Assembly (NCBI GenBank): GCA_041649115.1
Contig: JBAZNT010000003.1
Span: forward strand, 13,274-77,273
DNA length: 64,000 bases
DNA from: Candidatus Omnitrophota bacterium
GTDB lineage: Bacteria; Omnitrophota; Gorgyraeia; Gygaellales; Profunditerraquicolaceae
Direction of reading: 5' to 3'
Below are positions 29,700 through 39,491 of this stretch, one piece after another. Below the pieces are notes generated by a model. The model saw only the letters and a program-made list of their open reading frames with translations. It was not told where the DNA came from and did not search any database. Position numbers and translations under genes: made by a program. The number at the start of each line of letters is the position of its first letter. Positions within the stretch are counted from its first letter, which is position 1.

Positions 29700-32513
29700 A
29701 TGAGCGAAGGCAATATCGTAATCCGCGGCGCGCGCGAACACAACCTTAAGAATGTCAATCTTGACATCCCGCGCAATAAGCTTATCGTGGTTACCGGCCT
29801 TTCCGGTTCCGGCAAATCCAGCCTTGCCTTTGATACCATTTACGCCGAGGGGCAGCGCCGTTATGTAGAGAGCCTTTCGAGCTATGCCCGGCAGTTTCTG
29901 GAACAGCTCCAGAAGCCCAGCGTCGAGCATATTGAAGGCCTTTCCCCGGCTATTGCCATTGAGCAACGTACCGCAGGAGGCAATCCCCGTTCTACCGTAG
30001 GCACCCAGACGGAAATATACGATTATCTGAGGGTTCTTTTTGCGCGTATCGGCAGGGTGAGGTGTTACCGCTGCGGACACGCCATCGAAAGGCAGAGTTC
30101 GCAGGAAATAACGGAGGCCATCCTGCGCCTGCCGGCAGGTTCCGAGATCCAGATACTGGCGCCGTTGGTAAAAGGCAGGAAAGGGCAATACCGCCAGGTG
30201 CTTTTAGAGGTGCAAAAGGCGGGATTCGTACGGGTGCGCATTGACAAAAAATTGTACGAATTGCCATTGAGGATCCAGCTGCCTAAATACAAGATACACG
30301 CCATTGAGGTGGTGGTGGACAGGCTGGTACTGGAGCCCGGGGTTAAACAACGGCTTAATGATTCCGTGGAAACGGCCCTTAAGGTAGGCAAGGGAATGGT
30401 TGTCATAGCGCGCCCGGCTAAAGGAGACCTTGTATTTAGCGAGCAGTTCGCCTGTCCCGAATGCGGGATCAGTTATGCGGAGGTAGAGCCGCGCATATTC
30501 TCCTTTAATTCCCCTTACGGCGCCTGCCCTGCCTGCAATGGATTAGGCACCAAGATGGAATTTGACGCCGATTTAATCATTCCGGATAAAAACAAATCTA
30601 TCAATGACGGTGCCATCGAGCCCTGGAAAAGAGGAGGCCACGGGTATATCCTTTATTACCGCTGGCTGGTCCGCGAACTTTCGCGCCGGCTTGATTTTTC
30701 GCTTGATACACCATTTAGAAAATTAAACAGGGGCATTAGGCAGGCGATACTCTACGGGAGCCCGGAGGAGGTCGCAGGCAAGCCGTTTGAAGGCGTTATA
30801 CCGCACCTTGAGAGGCTCTTCAGGCAGACAGAGAGCGATTATCTAAAAGGCGAGATATCGCGTTTTATGTCTACCCTTGCATGCCCTGCCTGCGACGGCG
30901 CCCGGCTTAAAAAAGAAAGCCTGGCTATCAGCGTTGACGGCAGGAATATCCGGGAAGTTACCGCTATGCCGATAAATGAGGCGCATCGTTTCTTTAAGGA
31001 ATTAACTCTCAGCGAGAAAGAAAGGATCATCGCCAGGGACGCCCTGAAGGAAATAACCCGCAGGCTTGGTTTCTGCATCGATGTGGGCTTAGATTACCTG
31101 ACGCTTGAAAGAAAGAGCTCGACCCTTTCCGGAGGGGAGGCGCAGCGTATCCGGCTGGCTACCCAGGTAGGTTCGGGGCTGGTAGGCGTATTGTATATAC
31201 TCGATGAACCCAGCATCGGCCTGCACCAGAAGGATAACGCCAAGCTTATCACCACCCTTAAAGCCTTAAGGGACCTCGGCAATACCCTGATCGTAGTCGA
31301 ACACGATGAGTATACCATCCGGGATGCGGATTATATCGTTGACCTTGGCCCGGGAGCGGGCAGGCAGGGCGGGGAAGTGGTTTTCTCTGGCACCTCCGGG
31401 GAATTATTAAAATGCCGCGATTCGCTTACCGCGAAGTATCTTAGGCAGGAGCTTAAGATAGAGATGCCCCAGAAGAGGCGCCCGCTGTCTCCTGAAAGGA
31501 TATTGGAGATTAAAGGAGCCAGGGAGCATAATCTCAAGAATATCGACGTGAGATTTCCCCTGGGGACCTTTATCTGTATTACCGGGGTTTCCGGTTCCGG
31601 TAAATCCACGCTTATCGATGATATCCTTTACCGCGCCCTGGCTAAGAAAATATACAAGAGCAGGGAGAGGCCGGGCCTTCACAGCAAGATCACGGGATAT
31701 GAACATATCGATAAGGTGATAGTGGTTGACCAGTCTCCTATCGGAAGAACCCCCCGCTCCAACCCCGCTACCTATACCGGGCTATTCGGACCCATACGGG
31801 AATTATTCAGCCTGCTTCCGGAGGCTCGCCTGCGCGGGTATAAACCCGGCAGGTTTTCTTTTAATGTCAAGGGCGGCCGTTGCGAGGCCTGCCAGGGGGA
31901 CGGCATCAAGAAAATCGAGATGCATTTTTTATCAGACGTCTACGTCAAATGCGATGTCTGTAAGGGGAGGCGTTTTAACGAGGCGACTCTTGAGGTAAAA
32001 TATAAAGGAAGATCGATTGCCGATGTCCTCGGGATGACGGTTGAGGAGGCCCTGCCTCTTTTTGAAAACATCCCGCGTATCAAGACCGCACTGGAGACCC
32101 TTTACGACGTAGGGTTGGGATACATACAGCTGGGGCAGGCTGCTACCACCCTTTCCGGAGGGGAGGCGCAGCGTCTTAAGCTGACTGCGGAATTAAGCAA
32201 GCGCTCCACCGAAAATACCCTCTATATCCTGGATGAGCCTACCACCGGCCTGCATTTCGCGGATGTCGAAAAATTAATCGCGGTATTGCAGAGACTGGTT
32301 GAGAAGGGCAGCACGGTTATCGTAGTAGAACACAACCTGGAGGTAATCAAGTGCGCGGATTATATCATTGACCTTGGCCCTGACGGAGGGGAAAGAGGGG
32401 GCAGGGTAGTCGGTTGCGGCATGCCGGAGGAGCTCGTCCGCAATAAAAATTCCTACACCGCGCAGTTTTTAACAAAGGTATTGTCGAAGCCCAAAAGAGA
32501 TGTTATAGTCTAA
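29700..32513 (+). CDS. uvrA: Excinuclease ABC subunit A
   Basis: 937 aa with two ABC ATPase modules ([26 protein letters not shown] twice) and zinc-finger Cys clusters. Confidence 0.95.
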   Translation: MSEGNIVIRGAREHNLKNVNLDIPRNKLIVVTGLSGSGKSSLAFDTIYAEGQRRYVESLSSYARQFLEQLQKPSVEHIEGLSPAIAIEQRTAGGNPRSTVGTQTEIYDYLRVLFARIGRVRCYRCGHAIERQSSQEITEAILRLPAGSEIQILAPLVKGRKGQYRQVLLEVQKAGFVRVRIDKKLYELPLRIQLPKYKIHAIEVVVDRLVLEPGVKQRLNDSVETALKVGKGMVVIARPAKGDLVFSEQFACPECGISYAEVEPRIFSFNSPYGACPACNGLGTKMEFDADLIIPDKNKSINDGAIEPWKRGGHGYILYYRWLVRELSRRLDFSLDTPFRKLNRGIRQAILYGSPEEVAGKPFEGVIPHLERLFRQTESDYLKGEISRFMSTLACPACDGARLKKESLAISVDGRNIREVTAMPINEAHRFFKELTLSEKERIIARDALKEITRRLGFCIDVGLDYLTLERKSSTLSGGEAQRIRLATQVGSGLVGVLYILDEPSIGLHQKDNAKLITTLKALRDLGNTLIVVEHDEYTIRDADYIVDLGPGAGRQGGEVVFSGTSGELLKCRDSLTAKYLRQELKIEMPQKRRPLSPERILEIKGAREHNLKNIDVRFPLGTFICITGVSGSGKSTLIDDILYRALAKKIYKSRERPGLHSKITGYEHIDKVIVVDQSPIGRTPRSNPATYTGLFGPIRELFSLLPEARLRGYKPGRFSFNVKGGRCEACQGDGIKKIEMHFLSDVYVKCDVCKGRRFNEATLEVKYKGRSIADVLGMTVEEALPLFENIPRIKTALETLYDVGLGYIQLGQAATTLSGGEAQRLKLTAELSKRSTENTLYILDEPTTGLHFADVEKLIAVLQRLVEKGSTVIVVEHNLEVIKCADYIIDLGPDGGERGGRVVGCGMPEELVRNKNSYTAQFLTKVLSKPKRDVIV

Positions 32514-32517
32514 GGAA

Positions 32518-35013
32518 ATGCCTAAGCGCCATTGGATAATAAAGAGGTTTTCGTCTCTGGCCGTTTTGATGGCGGCATATCTGGCCGCCGGAGCCTGCCT
32601 TTTGCCTTTTTCCTTGCATGCCGTCGAAGATAATTCCAGGGAAGAGGAATCATTCTTTGTAGCCAAAAAGGCTTTCGAGGACGGTTTTTACGAGGTCAGC
32701 CTCGGGCTCCTGGAAAGGTTTCTTAAAAACTATCCTGACTCCAAGAGGTCCGCCGACGCCGAACTCCTGATGGGGGAATGTTATTTCCATCAGAACAAAT
32801 ACATGGAGGCCCTTAAAAAATTTGAAGAACTGCTTAACCAGCCCAAGGCCGGCGCCATCAAGGACGCGGTTCTTTACTGGACAGCCGAGGTGCATTTTAA
32901 GGGGAACGGTTTCAGCAGGGCTGCTTCATACTACCAGGCTATTATCGAGGGTTTCCCAAAATCCTCTTATCTGGTGCATGCCTATTATTCGCTGGGGTGG
33001 TGTTTATTCCAGGAGGGAAATTACCAGGAGGCCCTGAAGTATTTTAAGATAGTTGAGGAGCGTTATCCGCGGGAACCCCTGGCGCAGGACGCTTCGCTGA
33101 AAATCATAGAGAGCCTTTATAACCTAAAGGATTACCAGGCCCTGAAAGAGAAGCTCGGTTCTTATGCCGGCTCGCGCTCCAATAACAGCGACAGGCTCCC
33201 CTACCTTTATTTCTACCTGGCAGAGGCGGATTATTATCTCAATAATTTTAGCGGGGCGATAGAGGAATATAAAAGGGGCATTTCCTCTACCAGCGACGCA
33301 AAAATACAGGACCTTTCCAGGCTTGGGATGGGCTGGGCATTCCTTAAGCTGAAGCGCTACGATGATGCAGAAAAGGTTTTTAGAGAGATAAACGGCGATA
33401 ACCTTGAAAAGAAAAACCAAGAGATACTTTTGTTGGGGAGGGCCGTATTATTGTTTGAGACCAAAAGGCTCCTGGAGGCCAAGGGCGTTTACGAAAAGCT
33501 TCTCTCAGAGAGCCGCGACCCGCTGATTTCAGTGCAGGCATACCTGGGTGAGGCAGATACCCTTTACAGCCTTTCGGAATACCGGCAGGCGATAACGCTA
33601 TATAAAGAGGCCTTAGGCAGGAACCTCCAGAGCGATATACCCCAAGAATACCTGGATAAACTGCATTACGGCCTGGCCTGGTCGCTGCTTAAGGAGGGTG
33701 AATTCAAGGCGGCGATCGAGGAATTCCAAAAGATCGTTCAACGCACCGAGGACAAGACCGTAAAGGTAGCCACTCTCTGCCAGATCGGGGACGCCTATCA
33801 GGACTCCGGAGATTACCGTAAGGCGAAGGAGGCCTACGATACTATCCTGAAGGACTACCCCGACAGCTTCTATAATGATTACGTCCAATACCAGCTGGGA
33901 AGCGTTCTCTTGAAGATCTCCAATTACGACGGAGCCATCATGGCTTTCCAGAATATCCGCAATAATTTTTCCAATTCCAAGATTGCTGATGATGCGACAT
34001 ACGCCCTGGCGCTTTCGTATTTCCAGAAGGAAGATTATAACTCCGCCAAGGACGTGCTGGAAAAGTTTCGCAGGGAGTTCAAGGATACCGGCCTTAAACC
34101 GCAGGCCGCCTATCTTTTAGGAACCAGTCTTTATAATCTCGGTAAGTTTGGCGAGGCCATCGAGGTTTTCCGGGAGGTTGCCAGGGATTACGGCCAGGAT
34201 AAGGACCTGGCGCAGAAGGCGGAATACGAAATAGCCGATTGTTATTATCAGATGGGAAACGAAAAAGAAGCGGTAGCAAGGTTTAAGGTGCTGCGTTCCA
34301 GATACCCCGATTCCAAGCTTAATCCAGAGATCATCTGGTGGCTGGGAGAGTATTATTACCGCCAGAACGACCTGGTAATGGCGCAGCGGTATTTTCTGTC
34401 TATTATCAATGATTTTTCAAGCAGCAATATCGTTGCCGACGCCTATTATATGCTGGGGGCAATCTCGCAGGAAAAAGGAGATTATGAAAATGCCATAAGC
34501 AATTTCAGTAAAGTTGAGCAACTTACGAAAAGCGACCTTGCCGGCCAGGCAGCTATCGCTGTTGCCGATATCCAGGCAAAAGAGGACAGGCCCGAGGCCG
34601 CCCTGGCCAGCTACCGGCAGACGAGCGTTAAGTATCCTAACCTAGCAGCGGCGGTATATCCGAAGATTGCCGAGATATACCATAGGCTCGGAGATTACGA
34701 TGAGGCGGTAGAATTTTACCGAAAAAGCCTCAATGTGGCGCCGTTAAGGCAGTTGGCGGATTTGCAGTTTAAGATCGCGGAAGCCATGGAGACGCGGGGT
34801 AGATTCAACGAGGCGATAGAGGAGTATCTGAAGGTAGCATATATATATCACGACAACGCCCAGCTCGTAGTTAAGGCATTGCTTAGGGTGGCCGCCATTT
34901 ACGAGAACCAGGGAAGGAAGGCCGAGGCAGTCAAGATCTATAGAAGGATTATTGCGATGGATGTCGAGGAAGCCAAGTATGCGCAGGAGCGCATTAACGC
35001 CGTTAAAAAATAA
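32518..35013 (+). CDS. Secreted or periplasmic multi-TPR protein (YbgF/CpoB-like repeats)
   Basis: 831 aa with an N-terminal hydrophobic signal-like segment followed by repeated TPR units of about 34 aa throughout. Confidence 0.6.
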   Translation: MPKRHWIIKRFSSLAVLMAAYLAAGACLLPFSLHAVEDNSREEESFFVAKKAFEDGFYEVSLGLLERFLKNYPDSKRSADAELLMGECYFHQNKYMEALKKFEELLNQPKAGAIKDAVLYWTAEVHFKGNGFSRAASYYQAIIEGFPKSSYLVHAYYSLGWCLFQEGNYQEALKYFKIVEERYPREPLAQDASLKIIESLYNLKDYQALKEKLGSYAGSRSNNSDRLPYLYFYLAEADYYLNNFSGAIEEYKRGISSTSDAKIQDLSRLGMGWAFLKLKRYDDAEKVFREINGDNLEKKNQEILLLGRAVLLFETKRLLEAKGVYEKLLSESRDPLISVQAYLGEADTLYSLSEYRQAITLYKEALGRNLQSDIPQEYLDKLHYGLAWSLLKEGEFKAAIEEFQKIVQRTEDKTVKVATLCQIGDAYQDSGDYRKAKEAYDTILKDYPDSFYNDYVQYQLGSVLLKISNYDGAIMAFQNIRNNFSNSKIADDATYALALSYFQKEDYNSAKDVLEKFRREFKDTGLKPQAAYLLGTSLYNLGKFGEAIEVFREVARDYGQDKDLAQKAEYEIADCYYQMGNEKEAVARFKVLRSRYPDSKLNPEIIWWLGEYYYRQNDLVMAQRYFLSIINDFSSSNIVADAYYMLGAISQEKGDYENAISNFSKVEQLTKSDLAGQAAIAVADIQAKEDRPEAALASYRQTSVKYPNLAAAVYPKIAEIYHRLGDYDEAVEFYRKSLNVAPLRQLADLQFKIAEAMETRGRFNEAIEEYLKVAYIYHDNAQLVVKALLRVAAIYENQGRKAEAVKIYRRIIAMDVEEAKYAQERINAVKK

Positions 35014-35025
35014 AAGGAGGCAGCG

Positions 35026-35658
35026 ATGGACCTTTACCGCATGAGTTTTTGGCAGTTTTTTTTAGCCGGGGGGCCGGTGATGTGGCCGATACTGTTCTGT
35101 TCTATTTTTGCCCTGGCTATTATCATCGAGAAGTTCTGGTATCTGCATAAAATCAGGATCGACAGCCAGGAGTTCCTAAACGATATACTGGATAAGATGA
35201 AGCACCATCAGATAAAGGAGGCCCTGGCGCTTTGCGATGCTACCAATAGCCCTATCTCCAGGATCCTCAAGGTGGGGATACTTAAAAACGACCGCCCCCG
35301 CCCCCAGATCAAGGAAGCGATTGAAGACGCGTCTCTCTACGAGATACCAAAATTGGAAAAAAACCTTTCTATACTTGCCACCATTGCCCATATCTCTCCT
35401 CTTTTAGGTTTGCTCGGAACGGTTACGGGGATGGTAAGGTGTTTTCAGACTATCCAGGCGAAGACCGTTTCTTTCCATCCCGTTTCCCCCGGCGACCTTG
35501 CCGGAGGCATCTGGGAGGCCCTGCTTACTACCGTAGCGGGATTGATAGTGGCTATTCCGGTATTCGTAGCATATAATTATTTAGTCAGCCGGGTTAACAG
35601 CGTGATACTGGAGATGGAAAAATCCGCTACGGAATTCGTTAATTTCCTTACCGAATAG
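35026..35658 (+). CDS. MotA/TolQ/ExbB-family proton channel
   Basis: 210 aa with 3 TM helices and the SPLLGLLGTVTGM motif. Confidence 0.85.
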   Translation: MDLYRMSFWQFFLAGGPVMWPILFCSIFALAIIIEKFWYLHKIRIDSQEFLNDILDKMKHHQIKEALALCDATNSPISRILKVGILKNDRPRPQIKEAIEDASLYEIPKLEKNLSILATIAHISPLLGLLGTVTGMVRCFQTIQAKTVSFHPVSPGDLAGGIWEALLTTVAGLIVAIPVFVAYNYLVSRVNSVILEMEKSATEFVNFLTE

Positions 35659-35670
35659 GGGGGGCCTGCG

Positions 35671-36075
35671 ATGAAATTCAGAAGGCATATGGAGTTGGAA
35701 CACGGTTTACGTCAGATTGACATCGCGCCGTTAATAGATATGATATTTCAGCTTCTGATATTCTTTATGCTTACCTCCAGTTTTGTGATGCAACAGGGGA
35801 TTAAGATAAACCTGCCCAAGGCCGTTACCAGCGAAGAGGTTAAATACGAGAATATCGAGATTGCGATATCTGGCGAGAACGTTATTTATCTAAATGGAAA
35901 GGTCGTGACCCTCTCGGAGCTCAAGAACTTATTCAAACAGCTTCCCCGCGGGAGGCAGTCGATTATGATTAAGGCCGACCGTCGCTCTTCCCTGGGGCGG
36001 GTCGTGGAGATATGGGATATGTGCCGTGAGGCAGGAGTAAATCAGATTAATATTGCTACCGACCAGGAGCGATGA
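35671..36075 (+). CDS. ExbD/TolR-family protein
   Basis: 134 aa with the IDIAPLIDMIFQLLIFFM TM motif. Confidence 0.85.
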   Translation: MKFRRHMELEHGLRQIDIAPLIDMIFQLLIFFMLTSSFVMQQGIKINLPKAVTSEEVKYENIEIAISGENVIYLNGKVVTLSELKNLFKQLPRGRQSIMIKADRRSSLGRVVEIWDMCREAGVNQINIATDQER

Positions 36076-36698
36076 CCGCGATTCTCAGGAACGCCATTTT
36101 TATTTCCTTGGTGGGGCATTTTGCGCTTTTCGGACTCTTTAGTTTTTCATTTAGCAAGATACCCGAGGCATCCTGCCGGGGGATTTATTTCTGGGGGGAT
36201 TTCTTAGCGTCAGTAAAAAACAGGGGGCAGATTCCATTTTCCGGCAATATCACTCCTATCCGCCTGAGCCGTTATAATATAAATATAAAGGTAAGAGATA
36301 GCTTGATGGGGTTGCCTCACCCGTATTCTAAACCGGCGTTGCCCCTGGCATTAGAGCAGGATAAATTGAGCTATCGGCCGGCAATAACAGGGGCTTACCA
36401 GGCGCAGGACAGGAAGGCGGGGCCTTTGGTGTTTTATCCCGAATTACCGTATTATTTCAGTCTTTACTTTCAGGACAGGCAGGTGGCCCATATTGAGCTC
36501 GCTTTTAATATTATGACCGCGGACGGCAGGTCAGAGGTGGATATCAAAAGAAAAATTTCCTCCGGTAACCTTGAAGCGGACCTCCTGAGCATGCGTTACA
36601 TCAACCACTACCTTTTTATTCAGAAGGAAAGGTTTGTCCCGGGCGTCTGGCAGAAGGTCAAGATCGAACTGGAAGCCAAAAACGATGATTACCGTTAA
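36072..36698 (+). CDS. TonB-like energy transducer (divergent)
   Basis: 208 aa with an N-terminal TM carrying an S-x3-H motif (SLVGH) and a C-terminal region with an SSGN..D..L pattern resembling the TonB C-domain. It sits directly after ExbB/ExbD. Confidence 0.5.
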   Translation: MTAILRNAIFISLVGHFALFGLFSFSFSKIPEASCRGIYFWGDFLASVKNRGQIPFSGNITPIRLSRYNINIKVRDSLMGLPHPYSKPALPLALEQDKLSYRPAITGAYQAQDRKAGPLVFYPELPYYFSLYFQDRQVAHIELAFNIMTADGRSEVDIKRKISSGNLEADLLSMRYINHYLFIQKERFVPGVWQKVKIELEAKNDDYR

Positions 36699-36906
36699 TT
36701 TTTATTTGGCGGTATCAGTCTACCTTACCCTTCTTATCGGTATCCTGCTTTTATTATGGTTTCTGGGGGCTAAGGAAAAGGGCAAATGGATCTCGGTAGA
36801 TGAGCGTTTTATCTGGTTTTGCGAAGTCTGTTCATACACCTACGTCAACACAAAAGAAGAACATTTCTCGGTATGCCCGCGCTGCGGAAGTTACAATAAA
36901 AAATAA
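36685..36906 (+). CDS. Small membrane-anchored zinc-ribbon protein
   Basis: 73 aa from ATG 36685, with one TM helix followed by CEVC...CPRC. Confidence 0.5.
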   Translation: MITVNFYLAVSVYLTLLIGILLLLWFLGAKEKGKWISVDERFIWFCEVCSYTYVNTKEEHFSVCPRCGSYNKK

Positions 36907-36907
36907 G

Positions 36908-36936
36908 TTGACCCCCCCGCCGTTTGTGTCTATAAT
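36908..36936 (+). promoter_or_regulatory. Near-consensus sigma70 promoter
   Basis: TTGACC (36908-36913), 17-nt spacer, TATAAT (36931-36936). An AGAGGAGG SD precedes GTG 36975. Confidence 0.6.
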
Positions 36937-36974
36937 AAAATCGGTTTATTAAAATTTTAAAGAGGAGGTAAGAA

Positions 36975-37181
36975 GTGATTACCGAGATAGGCATTGTTGC
37001 AGGCGACATCTGGCATTATCTGGACCAGCACGGAGAGGCAAATCTGGCGGATTTAGTGCGTGGTATCGATAAGCCCCGCGATAATGTGCTGATGAGCCTG
37101 GGGTGGTTAGCCCGCGAGGGACATGTTGTAGTAAGCCAGGCAGATGCCGACTACCGCGTAAACCTTAGAAGAAATCCTTAG
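36975..37181 (+). CDS. Small winged-helix protein (DUF2582-like)
   Basis: 68 aa; the pattern IWHYL...LADLVRGI...MSLGWLAREGHV fits a wHTH fold. Confidence 0.5.
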   Translation: MITEIGIVAGDIWHYLDQHGEANLADLVRGIDKPRDNVLMSLGWLAREGHVVVSQADADYRVNLRRNP

Positions 37182-37187
37182 AGCCCC

Positions 37188-37559
37188 ATGTCCCGAAGCG
37201 AAAAAGGCATGGCTTTGTTCCTGGTTCTATCAGTGATTATGGTAGCTGCGGTTTTGGCGGGGATTGTTATGAACTTTACCCTTAACCAGATTGAGCTGAC
37301 CAGGCACAAGGCCCAGCGTATTAAGGCCTATTATGCCGCCCTGGCAGGTATGAACCTGGCCTTTGAAAAAATAAGGACTAATGCCGATGGTTGGAATGTT
37401 ACTTCTGTCCACTATCTCGGTCCCGGCCTTGAAGTTTCCGATCCCGATATACCCTACCCCGTTACCATAGATGTTGTTCAACAGCCAGACGGAATCAACT
37501 ACAACCTAAGTATTACCGTTAATTATACCTCAACCTTGCCATCCTTGCGCGGCCGTTAA
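37188..37559 (+). CDS. PilX/GspK-like minor pilin-type protein
   Basis: 123 aa with the N-terminal EKGMALFLVLSVIMV hydrophobic segment typical of PilX_N-type proteins, and 4 N-X-S/T sequons. Confidence 0.45.
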   Translation: MSRSEKGMALFLVLSVIMVAAVLAGIVMNFTLNQIELTRHKAQRIKAYYAALAGMNLAFEKIRTNADGWNVTSVHYLGPGLEVSDPDIPYPVTIDVVQQPDGINYNLSITVNYTSTLPSLRGR

Positions 37560-37613
37560 ATCATTTTAAATAGACCAAATTTATCGACCTCTCCTGTAAA
37601 CCCTACCGTTATA

Positions 37614-37633
37614 ATCTAAGTAAATCTAAGTAA
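37614..37633. repeat. Tandem 10-bp direct repeat ATCTAAGTAA x2 in an AT-rich regulatory region
   Basis: Read directly from the sequence. AAGTAAAT recurs at 37718-37725. Confidence 0.6.
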
Positions 37634-37651
37634 ATCCATATAAAAAAATAC

Positions 37652-37680
37652 TTGACAAAATAATTTTTTTATGTTCTAAT
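37652..37680 (+). promoter_or_regulatory. Sigma70-like promoter ahead of the HTH-pilM operon
   Basis: TTGACA (37652-37657), 17-nt spacer, TCTAAT (37675-37680). Confidence 0.45.
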
Positions 37681-37729
37681 GAAGACCATTATATTTTATA
37701 AGATAATGCATAAAAACAAGTAAATTATT

Positions 37730-37912
37730 ATGACCAGGTTAATGGACCTTGATGAATTAGCGGATTACCTGCGGCTTAAGAAACAGACTATTTATAACTG
37801 GCTGCATGAGGGTAAGATATCCGGGATAAAAGTCGGCGGGGTATGGCGGTTTGACCCAAAGGAAATAAATGCCTGGCTTAACAGCAGAAGGCGCGTAAGC
37901 AAAATACAATAA
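37730..37912 (+). CDS. Excisionase-family (MerR-superfamily) helix-turn-helix DNA-binding protein
   Basis: 60 aa. LDELADYLRLKKQTIYNWLHEGKISGIKVGGVWRF matches the excisionase-type HTH pattern. Confidence 0.65.
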   Translation: MTRLMDLDELADYLRLKKQTIYNWLHEGKISGIKVGGVWRFDPKEINAWLNSRRRVSKIQ

Positions 37913-37913
37913 G

Positions 37914-39482
37914 ATGAATAAATTAGGAATATATTTTGGCTCACGGGTAATAAACCTGGCAGAGATAAGCGGCAGGCAGATATTGAATAATATCCAGATA
38001 AACCTGCCTTCAGCGAATTCAGATGCCAGCGCCATAGTCCTGCCGGAGGAAGATAAGATTGTAGCTTTGGTCAGCGAGGAATTAAAGAAGAAAAATATAG
38101 GGACCAGGGAAGCGGCAGTAAGCCTGTCGGGCAAGGATTTGATTATACGTAATTTTGAGATGGCAATATTGCCGCGGGACGAAATAGCCGGTGCGGTGAA
38201 CTTTGAGGTGAGGAAATACATACCGTTTAAGACGGAAGAACTGGTGGCGGATTTTCAATACAAGACAGACAAGGCCGCCCAGAAGAACCGCATTCTTTTT
38301 GTGGCGATTAAGAAAGAGACCATCGAGAGATATGCGTCTATCATCAACAAATTGGGATTAAAAATGATATCCCTGGAATACTCGGCTTTCAGTATCTTGA
38401 GGCTGTTGAAGCTGGGAGGCGTCCCCAGCCAGAGAGGGGTAAGGGGTATTTTTAACGTAGACCTGGCAGAGAACGACGAAGTAAATTTCTTGGTGCTGGA
38501 GGATGGATTCCCGCTTTTTAGCCGCGACGTAATGCTTTTGGGCGCGGCAGCTGTTTCGGAGACCGCTAAGCCCGAGATCCCGGAACCGAATGTGGTTTTG
38601 GAGAAGCTCAAAAGGGAGATACGAATTTCAATGGATTATTACGACCGGACGCTGCCGCTTAAAAACATAGATAAGATTTTCTTCATGATGGACCGTAACT
38701 ATCAGGCTGAGCTGGAGGGTTTTATCAGTTTTATCAGGGATATAGGGTTAAGTTCGCAGTTCGTAGATTTAAAGAGGTGCCTGGGTAAAAACGTTCCTTT
38801 CTCCTTGGCGTTTCTAAAAAGCTACGCCACCGCCCTTACAAATGTTAATATCGGATTAAAACCGAATCTTTTGCAAGCCAGAGAAAAGTCCGAAAAGAAA
38901 GTTGTTGTTTTGGAGCAGCCGAAGACAAAGGCGGGGGCTTTATTGATGCAATTAAGAAGCCAGACCGCCAAGGCGTTAGCGATAGCTATTTTTATCTGCC
39001 TGGGTACTTATTATTTCGGAGCTTCGCGCTTGTTTCCGCTGGGAATGGAAATAAGCAAGATAAAGAAAGCGCGCCCGGCAGTCACCTCGGGCATAAAACC
39101 CAATGCCAGTTATGACGAATTAGTGCGGCTTAATGCTGATTACAGGAAAAAGATAGATGTCCTTGACGGGCTTCTGACAAAAAGGACGTATCTTACCGAA
39201 TTGCTTGACGCCATACCGCGCCTCATCCCCGGCCAGATGCGTCTTAGCGAGCTGTCATTTAAAAAAGAGGCGGGAGGCGAAGTCGTCCTGATGTTGCGCG
39301 GCATGGTTTATATGGGGGATAGCAACCAGGAGATGGACACGGTCAATAGGTTTCTTGCTGTCCTTAAGTCAAACGCCGTATTTTCAAAATATTTCGGGGA
39401 TCTTATCGGAGTGGTTTCGATAAATCACCAGGAGATGTTTGGCAAATCCGTGACAACTTTTGTAATCTCCTGTAGAAAATAG
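37914..39482 (+). CDS. pilM: Type IV pilus assembly PilM-PilN fusion protein
   Basis: 522 aa. It has an N-terminal actin-like PilM region, one TM helix (ALAIAIFICLGTYYFGA, around residue 345) and a C-terminal PilN-like fimbrial-assembly region. Confidence 0.65.
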   Translation: MNKLGIYFGSRVINLAEISGRQILNNIQINLPSANSDASAIVLPEEDKIVALVSEELKKKNIGTREAAVSLSGKDLIIRNFEMAILPRDEIAGAVNFEVRKYIPFKTEELVADFQYKTDKAAQKNRILFVAIKKETIERYASIINKLGLKMISLEYSAFSILRLLKLGGVPSQRGVRGIFNVDLAENDEVNFLVLEDGFPLFSRDVMLLGAAAVSETAKPEIPEPNVVLEKLKREIRISMDYYDRTLPLKNIDKIFFMMDRNYQAELEGFISFIRDIGLSSQFVDLKRCLGKNVPFSLAFLKSYATALTNVNIGLKPNLLQAREKSEKKVVVLEQPKTKAGALLMQLRSQTAKALAIAIFICLGTYYFGASRLFPLGMEISKIKKARPAVTSGIKPNASYDELVRLNADYRKKIDVLDGLLTKRTYLTELLDAIPRLIPGQMRLSELSFKKEAGGEVVLMLRGMVYMGDSNQEMDTVNRFLAVLKSNAVFSKYFGDLIGVVSINHQEMFGKSVTTFVISCRK

Positions 39483-39491
39483 GACAAAAAG

